A DNA stretch of 62,233 nt, counting the filler, from Chiloscyllium plagiosum (Eukaryota), in the NCBI RefSeq assembly GCF_004010195.1. It is 5 parts of one record of this genome, joined end to end, with 100 filler letters (N's around TTAATTAATTAA, not from the genome) between each part and the next. Parts side by side here need not be neighbours in the genome. Positions count along the whole stretch, not along the records: positions 47,631 to 53,640 come from NC_057711.1; positions 53,741 to 62,233 come from NC_057711.1; 3 more parts are not named here. One strand, written 5' to 3'. The position numbers were made by a program, and so were the translations under genes. Numbering within the stretch: position 1 is the first letter of the stretch; each line of letters begins with the position of its first letter. Below, in pieces: positions 52,075 through 62,233 of the stretch. Below the pieces are notes generated by a model that searched no databases, was not told the DNA's origin, and saw only the letters and a list, made by a program, of their open reading frames with translations.

Positions 52075-53362
52075 TTGATGAGTGATGGGACATGGTACTG
52101 GATTTTATCAACACTGCCAACCTGAATTGCCTTTGCAGGGACCACAATTCAATTAAGGACGATGGCCCCCTCCCAAGAGCTTCTGGTTCAATCAAAGAGA
52201 TGGCACCTTAACAGCCTTGACAATGCCAATGCCAATGCCATTGTTGGCCATTGCTAAGACTGTAGCTATTAGGAAAGGTTATGTCAATAGCCAGACACCG
52301 TCAAAAACAGAGAAATAGGGTTGGGCGATAATTCAGGTCTGCAGAAATGTTGTAGGGCTCATTCAGCAGTCGTCCTGTATGTACCATAGTGGCAGGATTA
52401 AGAAGGCCTGTGCTTCCACAGCACACTGGGAGGTCATCAGGTTTCACTGGGCTGTGTCCGCATGTGGTGGTGGACCTTTACAATCTGGGAAGAATACCCG
52501 CACAGGTGGAAATATTTGTTAATCTGTTGTTCTTATGGCTCAATTGACCTGTCTGTGGGTGTGCTCCTCTGACAACACTCCTGCAATTAGCAAAATGTCA
52601 TAGTGGTGGAAAGTGTTCAGGTACCAGCCAAATGTGTCCCCATACCAACTTGACATTCTTTCCAGCTCTCAACCTGTCAGCAAGGGCCTAAAAAATTCTA
52701 GCTGAAGTGTACCTTGTTTCGTATTCTTGTGTTAAGAGATGTGCACAGCTAATATTCTTCCAAGTCAGTGATGTAATAGAATTTTACTTTTATGGTCTAT
52801 GAAAACTGTTTTTTAGAAGCCTAAAACTTTGGAATGGTCAGAGAGTTAGGATGTCTAGAGAGGTGGTTTTCAGTAAAATCTGTTATTATTATTTTAGACA
52901 CAGACTCATGTAATATCCTACTCTTAAAAAAAAGTAGAATTAGAGATAAAGTTTAATGCACCTTCTAACCCCATAGTTTCACTTTTTCTTGTATGGACAC
53001 AAGTGAACTCCCGGTTAATGCATTCAGTTAAATACAATTAATTTGCACCAACATTTATCATTAATGTACAATAATTATGAAACGTTAGGGAGAGAGATAA
53101 AACTCTGTAAATATGTATAAATCCTCTGTTTGTGAGCAAGCAGAGCATTGGACTTATATTCTATAGCAATAAATGAAGTTTCTATATCTTTCATAGGCCA
53201 ACTATGAAGGATGGATGGAAGCAATGCTACAGAACACTGAGGGGGTGAATGCTTCAAACACATTCCTGTTACTGCCAATGAGATCTGAAGATTAATACCA
53301 CTGGTTTTCATTTTCTTTGCTGAATCTCTCACTTGAGCTACGCTTGCATCTAAAATTCAGCA

Positions 53363-53640
53363 GGAGAAAGTGAGGTCTGCAGATGCTGGAGATCAGAGCT
53401 GGAAATGTGTTGCTGGAAAAGCGCAGCAGGTCAGGCAGCATCCAGGGAACAGGAGAATCGACGTTTCGGGCATAAGCCCTTCTTCAGGAATGAGGAAAGT
53501 TTGTCCAGCAGGTTAAGATAAAAGGTAGGGAGGAGGGACTTGGGAGAGGGGCGTCGGAAATGTGATAGGTGGAAAGAGGTCAAGGTGAGGGTGAAAGGTC
53601 AGACTGGGGTGGGGGCGGAGAGGGCGGGAAGAAGATTGCA
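53363..53640 (-). mobile_element. Penelope-like 3' end with intact hammerhead core (53460-53487), cut by a linker
   Basis: Reverse complement ctgaagaagggcttatgcccgaaacgtc. Confidence 0.78.
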
Positions 53641-53740
53641 NNNNNNNNNNNNNNNNNNNNNNNNNNNNNNNNNNNNNNNNNNNNTTAATTAATTAANNNN
53701 NNNNNNNNNNNNNNNNNNNNNNNNNNNNNNNNNNNNNNNN
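53641..53740. other. Artificial 100-bp linker
   Basis: N44-TTAATTAATTAA-N44. Confidence 0.97.
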
Positions 53741-54053
53741 CTCGCTCCTTTTCCACCTATCCACTCCACCCTCTCCTCCCTGACCTATCACCTTCATCTC
53801 CTCCCCCACTCACCTATTGTACTCTATGCTACTTTCTCCCCACCCTCCTCTAGCTTATTTCTCCACGCTTCAGGCTCTCTGCCTTTATTTCTGATGAAGG
53901 GCTTTTGCCCGAAACGTCGATTCGCAGCTCCTCGGATGCTGCCTGAAAAACGTCGATTTTGCTGCTCGTTGGATGCTGCCTGAATTGCTGTGCTCTTCCA
54001 GCACCACTGATCCAGAATCTGGTTTCCAGCGTCTGCAGTCATTGTTTTTACCT
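53741..54053 (+). mobile_element. Penelope-like 3' end (second subfamily) with internal tandem duplication of about 36 bp
   Basis: Matches the reverse complement of 4416-4577. aaacgtcgatt...ggatgctgcctgaa occurs twice (53912-53984). Confidence 0.75.
53891..53918 (+). ncRNA. Minimal type I hammerhead ribozyme core, intact
   Basis: CTGATGA-a-gggc(tttt)gccc-GAAA-cg-TC. Confidence 0.72.
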
Positions 54054-54213
54054 ACCTATAGACTAATCAGTCTAGCCCTGAATCATATCAGGAAAAAAAG
54101 GTTTTCCTTTTGCACTTTTTTGATGAAGAAATACCTCCACTCAATCCCACCCACCTCAAAGCTCTCCTCTTCAGGGCAAGGTTGAGAATGAGAATTCAAA
54201 TGTTTGAGCAGTA

Positions 54214-54681
54214 AGGGTTCAGAAAAGATTTGCAAAGGTGTTGCCAGGGTTGGAGGACTTTAGCTATTGGGAGAGGTTGAATAGGCTAGGGCTACTGGAG
54301 ACTGAGGGGTGACTTTATAGAGGTTTACAGAATCATGAGAGACATGGATAGGATAAATAGACAAAGTCTCTTCCATAGGGTGGGGGAGTCTAGAGGGCAT
54401 AGGTTTAAGGTGAGAGGAGAAAGTTATAAAAGAGACCTAGGGGGCAACTATTTTCACGCAGAGGGTGGTACGTGTATGGAATGAGCTGCCAGAGGAAGTG
54501 TTGGAGGCTGGTACAATTGCAACATTTAAAAGGCATTTGGATGGGTATATGAATCGGAAGGGTTTGGAGGGATATGGGCCGGGTGCTGGCAGATGGGACT
54601 AGGTTGGGTTGGGATATCTGTTCGGCTTGGACGAGTTGGACCGAACGGTCTGTTTCTGTGCTGTAGGACACTATGACTCTA
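54214..54681 (+). mobile_element. CR1 3' fragment upstream of the 114-nt ADGRV1 exon
   Basis: RVQKRF..LPGLED, FTQRVVRVWNELPEEVLEAGTIATFKRHLDGYMNRKGLEGYG; ctatgactcta tail. Confidence 0.92.
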
Positions 54682-55006
54682 AACCGAGGGAAGCTCATTA
54701 TTATTAATCAATTGCAAACCATGATGTGCTTATCAATTTATATTGTGTTTTTCTTTCATGTCAAACAACTTGTGTTGTTATCAATTAGATTTAAAGAAAA
54801 ATTTAGGTCTTGCACAAAATGGTAAATACATGAATATAAATCCTCATTTTAAATGCAGAATGTATTGATGAGCCTATTACAGGATGGTTGTGTAATTTAA
54901 TTTTTAAATGTGTAACCCACTCTGTTTGCTGTTGTCGGTTGTGATGCAATTTCTAGGAAATATGTCATGACTTGTTTAAAAACTAATAACAATCTTTGAC
55001 AATCAG

Positions 55007-55120
55007 GTTATGACTGGCTCAAATTCTGCAGATGAAGACATCAATCCAGCTAGAGGCAATATTATTCTTCCTCCTGGGAAAGCAGCACTAGTTTATAACC
55101 TTTTCATTGTTGATGACCAG
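55007..55120 (+). CDS. ADGRV1: ADGRV1 internal exon (equivalent to human exon 6), Calx-beta domain part; 114 nt, phase 0/0
   Basis: Bounded by aatcag|GTT and CAG|gtgaga. Translates VMTGSNSADEDINPARGNIILPPGKAALVYNLFIVDDQ, matching recalled human ...PPDEDLSPVKGNITFPPGRATVIYNLTVLDDE. Absent from the ORF track because it is short. Confidence 0.93.
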
Positions 55121-55776
55121 GTGAGAAAAAGTAGTTCTGAAGAATGCAAACTGTAGATGTTCTCTACTGAGTGAAACACTTTTCAGCCACATATTATGAA
55201 GAATGAGGTCCCCAAGAATGCATTAAACACATTCTACCATGTAGGTGTGTGTGTGTGTGTTTGGAGGGTGTGAGGAGGGGGAGTGGAATTGTAGTGGGGA
55301 TTATTGGAGGGGTTGGGAGCAGGAGTGGGATGGGGGCGGTAGAGATGTTGGGGAGTGAGGAAGAGAATTATAGTCAAGCTGCTCGCATAATTTTTCTTTC
55401 ATTTCAATTTTTAAGGAAATGAAATCATGTTTTAACAAATCGCTTTTAAGTTTCTCTGAAAGCAAAGCTTGACCATCTTCATTTCAATGCAAAATGTTTG
55501 CTGGCAGAGGATTAGTGCTGGTTCTAAGTTTTAGAGTGCAAAGATCCATGAGTTATTGTCTTGAAGTTAAATGGAGTAAGACAGAGAGAGAAAGGGGAGG
55601 TGTATGAAGTGGATGGTGCAGGTATGCCAGGGTTCTGCTTTTTCTTCAGTGTTTGGTATTTGTAGAAGATTTAAATGAGATTGGGCACGTGAGGGCTTCT
55701 CAAATGCTGATCTTCTAGTGGATACCATTGCTGCCCATCTCAACCTGATATATCTGCATTTAAATCAGTCTTCTAT

Positions 55777-56486
55777 AGAGTCATAGAGTCAGAGAGATGT
55801 ACAGCATGGAAACAGACCCTTCAATCCAACTCGTCCATGCCGACCAGTTATCCCAACCCAATCTAGTCCCACCTGCCAGCAAATCCCTCTAAACCCTTCC
55901 TATTCATATACCCATCCGGATGCCTTTTAAATGTTGCAATTGTACTAGCCTCCGCCACCTCCTCTGGCAGCTCATTCTATACACATACCACCCTCTGCTT
56001 GAAAAAGTTGCCCCTTAGGTCTCTTTTATATCTTGCCCCTCTCATCCTAAACATAAGCCCTCTAGTTCTGGACTCCCCCACTTCAGGGAAGAGACTTTGT
56101 CTATTTATCCTATCCATGCCTCTCATGGTTTTAAAAACCTCCATAAGGTCACCCCTCAGCCTCCGACGCTCCAGGGAAAACAGCCCCAGCCTGTTCAACC
56201 TCTCCCTATAGCTCAAATCCTCCAACCCTGGCAACATCCTTGTAAATCATTTCTGAACCCTTTCAAGTTTCATAACATCCTTCCAATTTGAAGGAGACCA
56301 GAATTGCACGCAATATTCCAAAAGTGGCCCAACCAATGTTCTATACAGCCGCAACCATGACTTCCTAACTCCTGCACTAAGTACTCTGACTAATAAAGGA
56401 AACATTCCAAATACCTTCTTCACTATCCTACCTACCTGCGACTCCACTTTCAGGGAGCTATGGAACTGCACTCCAAGGTCTCTTTG
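55777..56486 (-). mobile_element. CR1 3' fragment, antisense, in the ADGRV1 intron
   Basis: Minus-strand peptides LYRTLVGPLLEYCVQFWSP and LPGLEDLSYRERLNRLGLFSLERRRLRGDL; (agagtcat) tail. Confidence 0.94.
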
Positions 56487-56510
56487 ATTAAGACATTTCT
56501 CTTTTTCCAG

Positions 56511-57076
56511 ATTCCTGAAAATGATGAGATTTTCACTGTGGAACTGTTAAGTGTTGAAGGTGGAGCTGAAATCAATGATACACAAAGCAGCGTTCAACTT
56601 AAAATCAACAAAAATGACAGTCCAGTGCATTTAGCACAAGCCATGTACACTGTATCAGAAACAGCCGATGTGATCACCATACCAGTCATTCGTGGGAAGG
56701 ATCAAGAAGGAAAAATAATTGGTTCTGATGATGCTCTGGTTTCTATTAATTATGAGACAGTAACTGGCAACAGTTCAGCCAGTGCATTGCTACAATCTGA
56801 TTTTATTGATCTCCAACCAAACAGAACTATTATTTTTCCACCTTATGTTTATGAAGTTCTTCTGAAATTTCAGATTATCAATGATACTATTCCTGAAATT
56901 GCAGAGTCATTTCAGGTTGTATTACTTGAAGATACTATAAAGGGTGATGCTGTACTGCTGACTCCCAATACAGTTCAGATTATTATTGAGCCAAATGATA
57001 CACCTCATGGTGTTCTGTCCATTAGCAGTAATTTTCCAGGGCAAAAAGTTGTTTTCAATGAAGACATGACTACAAG
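56511..57076 (+). CDS. ADGRV1: ADGRV1 internal exon (human exon 7 equivalent), Calx-beta repeats; 566 nt
   Basis: Bounded by ctttttccag|ATT and AAG|gtaagg. Reads IPENDEIFTVELLSVEGGAEIN...IINDTIPEIAESFQVVLLEDTIKGDAVL...PNDTPHGVLS, in frame with the preceding exon and containing Calx-beta D-D-x-x-P-E-x-x-E-x-F motifs. Confidence 0.96.
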
Positions 57077-58293
57077 GTAAGGCTTACTATATTTCTGCTC
57101 TACAGTTTGTATTATGATGTTTATTGATGATTTTTGGCTTGCTTCAGCAATTTTGCATGCTTTTCATGTTTAGTAATAGCAGCGTATTTGGCATAGCTAT
57201 GATCAGTGACTTAAATCTTTCTCTTAGTGATGCAGTTTTCTAAATTATAAATACAAAGCTATTAAGATTCCTTACACAAATGTTAGAAATGATTTAATAT
57301 ATTTTAGTATCTGATGTCGGTACCTGATGTCACGTTATACATTTACATAATTGGATCCTACAGAAGAATGAAATATTTATCAGTTTTTCTGGAATTTTCT
57401 TCTGTTACTATCTTGTTCTCATAAGTAAGCTACTTAGAATTTGGAATTATCTTTGTTCTATGAAATGCAATGAGAGTATGAGTTCAATAGAAATGTAAAT
57501 AGAACACAAGGGTGTATAAAGGCCAGTCCAGAAAAGGATCTTGGTGTGTCTTTTGAAGTTGTGGAAGGAGACGTCAAAGTAATGATGATGAAGGAGGAAA
57601 TTGTAGAAGGCAGGGTCCAGCTGACAGAAGGATAAACTACCGGTAGTGGAACTGGGGAATTGAAATGTGCTGGAGCTGAAAGACAAAGAATTAACCTGTT
57701 TTTGGCAATGTAGTGCAAGAGAATATCACTAAATTAGTTTACAATATCTATGTTAAGCACAGCAAAAGATGGCTTAATGGTGGTAGAAGAGGCAGCTTTT
57801 CTCTTAAGAATGACTGACTGGGATAGTAAAGGATGAGGAGTTTGATGGATAGGCCAGGAATCAAGATAGGATTGAAGTAGTCACTTTGAGACCATGGGAA
57901 TTATAAGAATTAAAACATAGCCAAGGAGGTAGGGAACATAGGGGCTAGCAAATGAGGCAATTGTAACAATGGTGATTGTAATGGAAAAGCAGAGAAGATC
58001 TGTGACAAATATCAACAATGATATCAAAGAGTATGGAAGCCTGTCAGAGATAGAAAGGTTGGAGAGTGGTTGAGAATTAACATGGGATTCAGAGACATTG
58101 AGTTGTGTGCAGAAATAGTGAAGTTTTGAAATCTGTCTAGATTTTGAAGTTAATATGTGGTCACATCATTCTTTTATTATATACATGAGATAAATTATTT
58201 TTTGACAGAAGTAATTAAAACTGTACATGGCTAATGTTATTTTGGATCTAGATCTAAACTACTAAATTACATACAAATAACTGTTTAAGAAAC

Positions 58294-58507
58294 TGTAGTC
58301 ATTAGAACCAGTGCACCTTGTTGACTCCGTGGTATTTGATTAGGGTTATTAATCAAGAAAGCCCTAGCTGACCAATATATGCAGCAGATTAGATTCTCCT
58401 CAGTTTGGGGACTGACTCTGGCCTGCATGGCCACAGCTTGTGTACTGTGCATAAGTAAATAAAGGGTGACTTGGTGACAGGATACTGGCCTCTGTGCAGT
58501 TACTTCA
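58294..58507 (+). mobile_element. Small solo LTR (214 bp) with 5-bp TSD
   Basis: TGTAG...TTCA termini; gaaac at 58289-58293 and 58508-58512; AATAAA at 58458-58463. Confidence 0.78.
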
Positions 58508-58601
58508 GAAACTTTACAGAGAGAGACAGATACAAATCCAATTATTGCCATAGTGTTCATCTATTCATGTAGCAATCTATACCTGGATATTCTGTTTGCA
58601 G

Positions 58602-58872
58602 ATTTGATGGAATTACCATTGTAAGAAATGGTGGGACTCATGGTAATGTTTCGGTGAACTGGCTGATTTCGAGGAACAGTAGTGATTTTTCTGCCATCAC
58701 CGCAGACCTCATGCCAATTTCAGGAACACTAAGCCTTCTGGAAGGACAGATGCTGGCCACAGTGACCCTCACCATCATTAATGATAATTTCCCTGAGGAA
58801 GCAGAGGCTTACCTTTTCCAACTGTTGAACAATACTGTAAAGGGAGGAGCAGAATTAGATGAACCCACGCAA
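58602..58872 (+). CDS. ADGRV1: ADGRV1 internal exon (human exon 8 equivalent); 271 nt
   Basis: Bounded by ttctgtttgcag|A and CAA|gtatgt. The split codon AG+A gives Arg, then FDGITIVRNGGTHGNVSVNW...IINDNFPEEAEAYLFQLLNNTVKGGAELDEPTQ. Confidence 0.95.
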
Positions 58873-58999
58873 GTATGTTTCTTAAAACTACTGTTCAGAT
58901 ATGTAGTTTTCTTCACTACACTCCTAAAATTTTATAAAGCTACTTTACATAATATTTTGATGACTGGTAGATGCTGTAAGTTAAACTAGATATGGAAAC

Positions 59000-59320
59000 A
59001 AGAATTTGCATTTATAAAGCAGCTTTCACAATGTCAGTTTATTCGAAGGCTCTTCACTACTCTGGTGTACGATAGAAATTTAGCTACTGTTCCAAAGAGC
59101 TACGTGAATAAATAATCTGTTTTAATTAGGTTGGATGAGGAATAAATATTGGCCAGGACAACAGTCGAGTTTGTCTGTTTCACTTCACATTGTCTCATCG
59201 GATCTTTCAGAGCCTCCTGAGGAGTCAGATTGAGCCATGGTTTAATGCCTCATCTGAGGGATGACACATCTGACAGTACAGTTCTTCATTGGAGTGACAA
59301 TCTTAATTAATTTCTTTATG
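59000..59320 (-). mobile_element. Deu-domain SINE (AmnSINE1/SacSINE1-like) in an ADGRV1 intron
   Basis: ataaatattggccaggaca...ggatcttt...cctgag...ggtttaatgcctcatctga...ctgacagt matches the recalled Deu domain in reverse orientation. Confidence 0.65.
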
Positions 59321-59704
59321 GATTATGTCTGATTGTAAAATTCAAACCTGAAAGTATGAACTGGATGACATGTTGTATGAAATTTTTAAGTCTTGTGATT
59401 TGTATTTTCTTGGAAAAATCCAATTTCGAGCTTTTTCTCCCAGGGGCAGAATGCTCAAGAGCCAGTTATTTATTTATTTTTAGTGTCATCATTGGGTATA
59501 TTACTCTTCAAGAAAACTTTCCCATAACGAAGACGCATTTCAGTATTGGGATATTTCTTTAAGTTCTGCAAATCTGTGTCCAATTTTACAGTTGTATAGA
59601 TTCAAACCTTTTCTTGAAACAACATCAGTTGCATCTTTAAATTACTAGAGTAGACCAAAGATAAAAATAAGGCTGTTCATACTTCTTGTTTTTCTCTTGT
59701 TTAG

Positions 59705-60034
59705 ATTATTTTCTATATTCAGGACAGTGATGATGTCTATGGCTTAATTAAATTCCATTCTATGGATGAACAGAAGATAGAGAGTAGTCCTACTGGGCGG
59801 TTTTTATCATTGAGTTTTGCCAGACACAATGGAACTATAGGGATTGTGAAGTTAAACTACACAGTATTGTACATCCCTGCTGGTGTTATGGATCTTTCTA
59901 AAGCAAAGGATGATATACTTAATGTTTCTACCAAAAACAGCATTATCTTCATGGCAGGGCAATCACAGATACGCATCAAACTTCCAATAAGAAATGACGC
60001 ATTCCTTCAAAATGGAGCACGTTTCTTTGTGCAG
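59705..60034 (+). CDS. ADGRV1: ADGRV1 internal exon (human exon 9 equivalent); 330 nt
   Basis: Bounded by tttctcttgtttag|ATT and CAG|gtatgt. Reads IIFYIQDSDDVYGLIKF...KIESSPTGRFLSLSFAR...KLPIRNDAFLQNGARFFVQ, matching recalled human FYIQDSDDVYGL...LPIRNDAFLQNGAHFLVQ. Confidence 0.96.
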
Positions 60035-62051
60035 GTATGTCAATACAGTTTATGCAACAGAGATATAATATAAATTGTCAATGCAATTTTGCACACCAAT
60101 CATAAATTTTAGATTATCTCTATCAGTGATATTGAACTGTCTTTAGTAAAACATTATTCACAATTCAGTTCCCTTGAGACTGCATTTATTCAGTTGCTAT
60201 TAATCTTGTCATATTTAACTGAAATATTTTTAATGCGATCATTTTATGGCATACTTTGGAGGCAATAATGCATCAGCTTTAAGTGAAAATAGGAGGGTTC
60301 TAACTGAATGTGGCTACCGTTCTTGAATTATCAAAATATTGATGTTTGCAAGCAAGGAGTTCAAAGTTTTTTTCTGTTTTTCAAATAGTGCTTGTATTTT
60401 ATTTGTATTGTTCTAAAGAAATGAGGTTAAACAGATTAATTTTTCTCAGTGACTTTCACTAGGCCTCCCTTTTGATACCATGTCACTCAATTGGGCACAG
60501 AGTGTGGTGAGTGTGGGACATTCTCTATTTTGCTGTGGGATTTTCTGGGTGGACTCCCTTCATGTTGATTCCTGCCATTCAGTGCTAGCTGAAACCAGAG
60601 AGGGCAGGAAAAAGTCCTTAGGTAGGTATAAAGAATCTCAGTTAGCAGTTTCCCCATCCCATACCCTTGTACCTGATCATACAGTGTCCCCTTGTTCCAA
60701 AACCATTTCCTTGGTGACGGGGACCTTGGGGAATGGCATTAAATTCAGCCTGATATGCATTTAGATCATAATATCTTGGAGCAGCAGTAGACCATTCAGA
60801 CCTCCTAGACGAGTTAAGGCAACTTAATTGTTGCCTTTCAGATATGTTATGCTTTATCTGATTGTGTCCTCATTAGCAGTTTCCGGTGAGTCCCAGATAA
60901 CCCTGGACTCCCTTGTCAATCAAAAGTTTCTTTAACATGGCATCAAATATGACCAAACACCCAGTCTCCTCTTCTCTGGCAAAGAGAGTTGTAAATGCCA
61001 GTGCCCTAATTTCATCCCGAAATTCCCTTGTCGGCCATGGTCAGGCTATCTTTCCTGTTTTCCTTTTATGCCGTTGGGAAAGGAAGAGTTGTTACAGTTC
61101 CTCTGCATACTCTTTAAACGTTTTCCACCACCTATCCACTGTCATCTCTTTAAGTAAGGTTCCTCAATTTATCATTGTCAGTTCACACTTCATACTATTG
61201 TAGTTCCTTCAATTTAGATTTAGGATCCTAGTCTCAGAACCAATTGTAAGTCTGCATTTTAATTATGAATTCTGTCATCATAGTTACTCTTCCCCAAGGG
61301 GCCTCACACAGCTGGGTTGCCAGATATTCCTTTCTTAATACACAATGCTTAGTCTAAAATGGCCTGACCTGCAGATGATAGAGTCTGCTGGTCTGTAGAT
61401 AGATACATATAGGTGAATGCACCCTTCAAAGTATTCTCAGATTTTTTTTTTAATCTTCCTGGCCATGTTGCCTGGACTTCAAGATTTTGAGAGCAAATTA
61501 CGTACTCAAAATTAAAAAGACCAAGAGCAATGATGCCATATCATCAGACCATTGCTGAAGCTTCTCTGCTTCTTCCTGTGCCGCTGAAGTCATGGAAAAT
61601 CATGTAGAAGTTACTGATTTGTAACATTTTGTGGTACTCCCACAGCCATCATACTATTTGAGGTATTGCCTGGGAAATGCCTTTGTTTCTCTGTTTTTTT
61701 CCTGAGGAAGATGCAAGGGACTAATTGAGGAAAAGAGCTGCAGGTTCTCCATGCCTATCTGTTCAGGGCACAGCTTGCTGCATTAGGCCTCTGAAACATT
61801 CTTCAAAGATTTTCACGCCCATGCAATCATAAAAAAATGTCAGTTGCCCATGTCTGTCCCTCTAAAAAATGGTAGACATGCATTTTCTGCAACATGCACA
61901 TCCCTGATCCAAATGCGTGAATTTCCAATCAAACGCTTCAAGTGTTTTAATGTCACTTTTCCTATGTCTGTTGGCAGTCAAACTGAAGAGAAAATCCAGG
62001 CTTGTGTAGCATTTGATTTACTATTTGAGAACACTCAAGAATTCTGTTGTT

Positions 62052-62233
62052 AATAGACAATAGACAATAGTTGCAGGAGTAGGCCATTCTGCCCTTCGAG
62101 CCTGCACCACTATTCAATATGATCATGGCTGATCATCCTTAATCAGTATCCTGTTCCTGCCTTATCTCCATAACCCTTGATTCCACAATCCTTGAGAGCT
62201 CTATCCAACTCTTTCTTAAATGAATCCAGAGAC
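62052..62233 (-). mobile_element. CR1 3' end, truncated by the window edge
   Basis: (atagaca)n tail followed by aggagtaggccatt..gcccttcgagcctgc typical of CR1 3'UTRs. Confidence 0.8.

Noticed and set aside
53197..53244. Possible exon ANYEGWMEAMLQNTEG resembling an ion-channel pore loop
   Set aside because: It has AG/GT flanks, but it is only 16 codons with no partner exons and no ADGRV1 similarity; probably chance.
56460..56510. ATG start of the 206-aa ORF
   Set aside because: The ATG lies in antisense CR1/intron sequence; homology begins at the acceptor at 56511.

Overview
Repeat-rich, AT-rich vertebrate genomic DNA. The HE1-type SINEs and the CR1 and Penelope-like families point to a shark (inference; probably an orectolobiform/bamboo shark). 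The only host gene I can support is ADGRV1 (GPR98/VLGR1) on the + strand. Four consecutive internal exons (55007-55120, 56511-57076, 58602-58872, 59705-60034; AG/GT bounded) splice into 427 open codons of Calx-beta repeats. I did not find the upstream exons by eye. The rest is intronic or intergenic sequence carrying CR1-group LINEs, a young L1 5' end with ORF1, a Rex1/Babar fragment, SINEs, two solo LTRs with TSDs, a Tc2/pogo-like non-autonomous transposon and a 40-bp CR1-derived minisatellite. Four identical 100-bp linkers (N44-TTAATTAATTAA-N44) are artificial. Most interesting observations: (1) about 14 minimal hammerhead-ribozyme motifs from about six Penelope-like sequence families, several in inverted configurations with TSDs; (2) a single-ORF CR1-group LINE that appears to start with a tRNA-like A/B-box head, together with short head+tail derivatives of it; (3) an inverted CR1 pair bracketing the in-frame ADGRV1 exon. 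Repeat family names come from recalled motifs, not from database searches.
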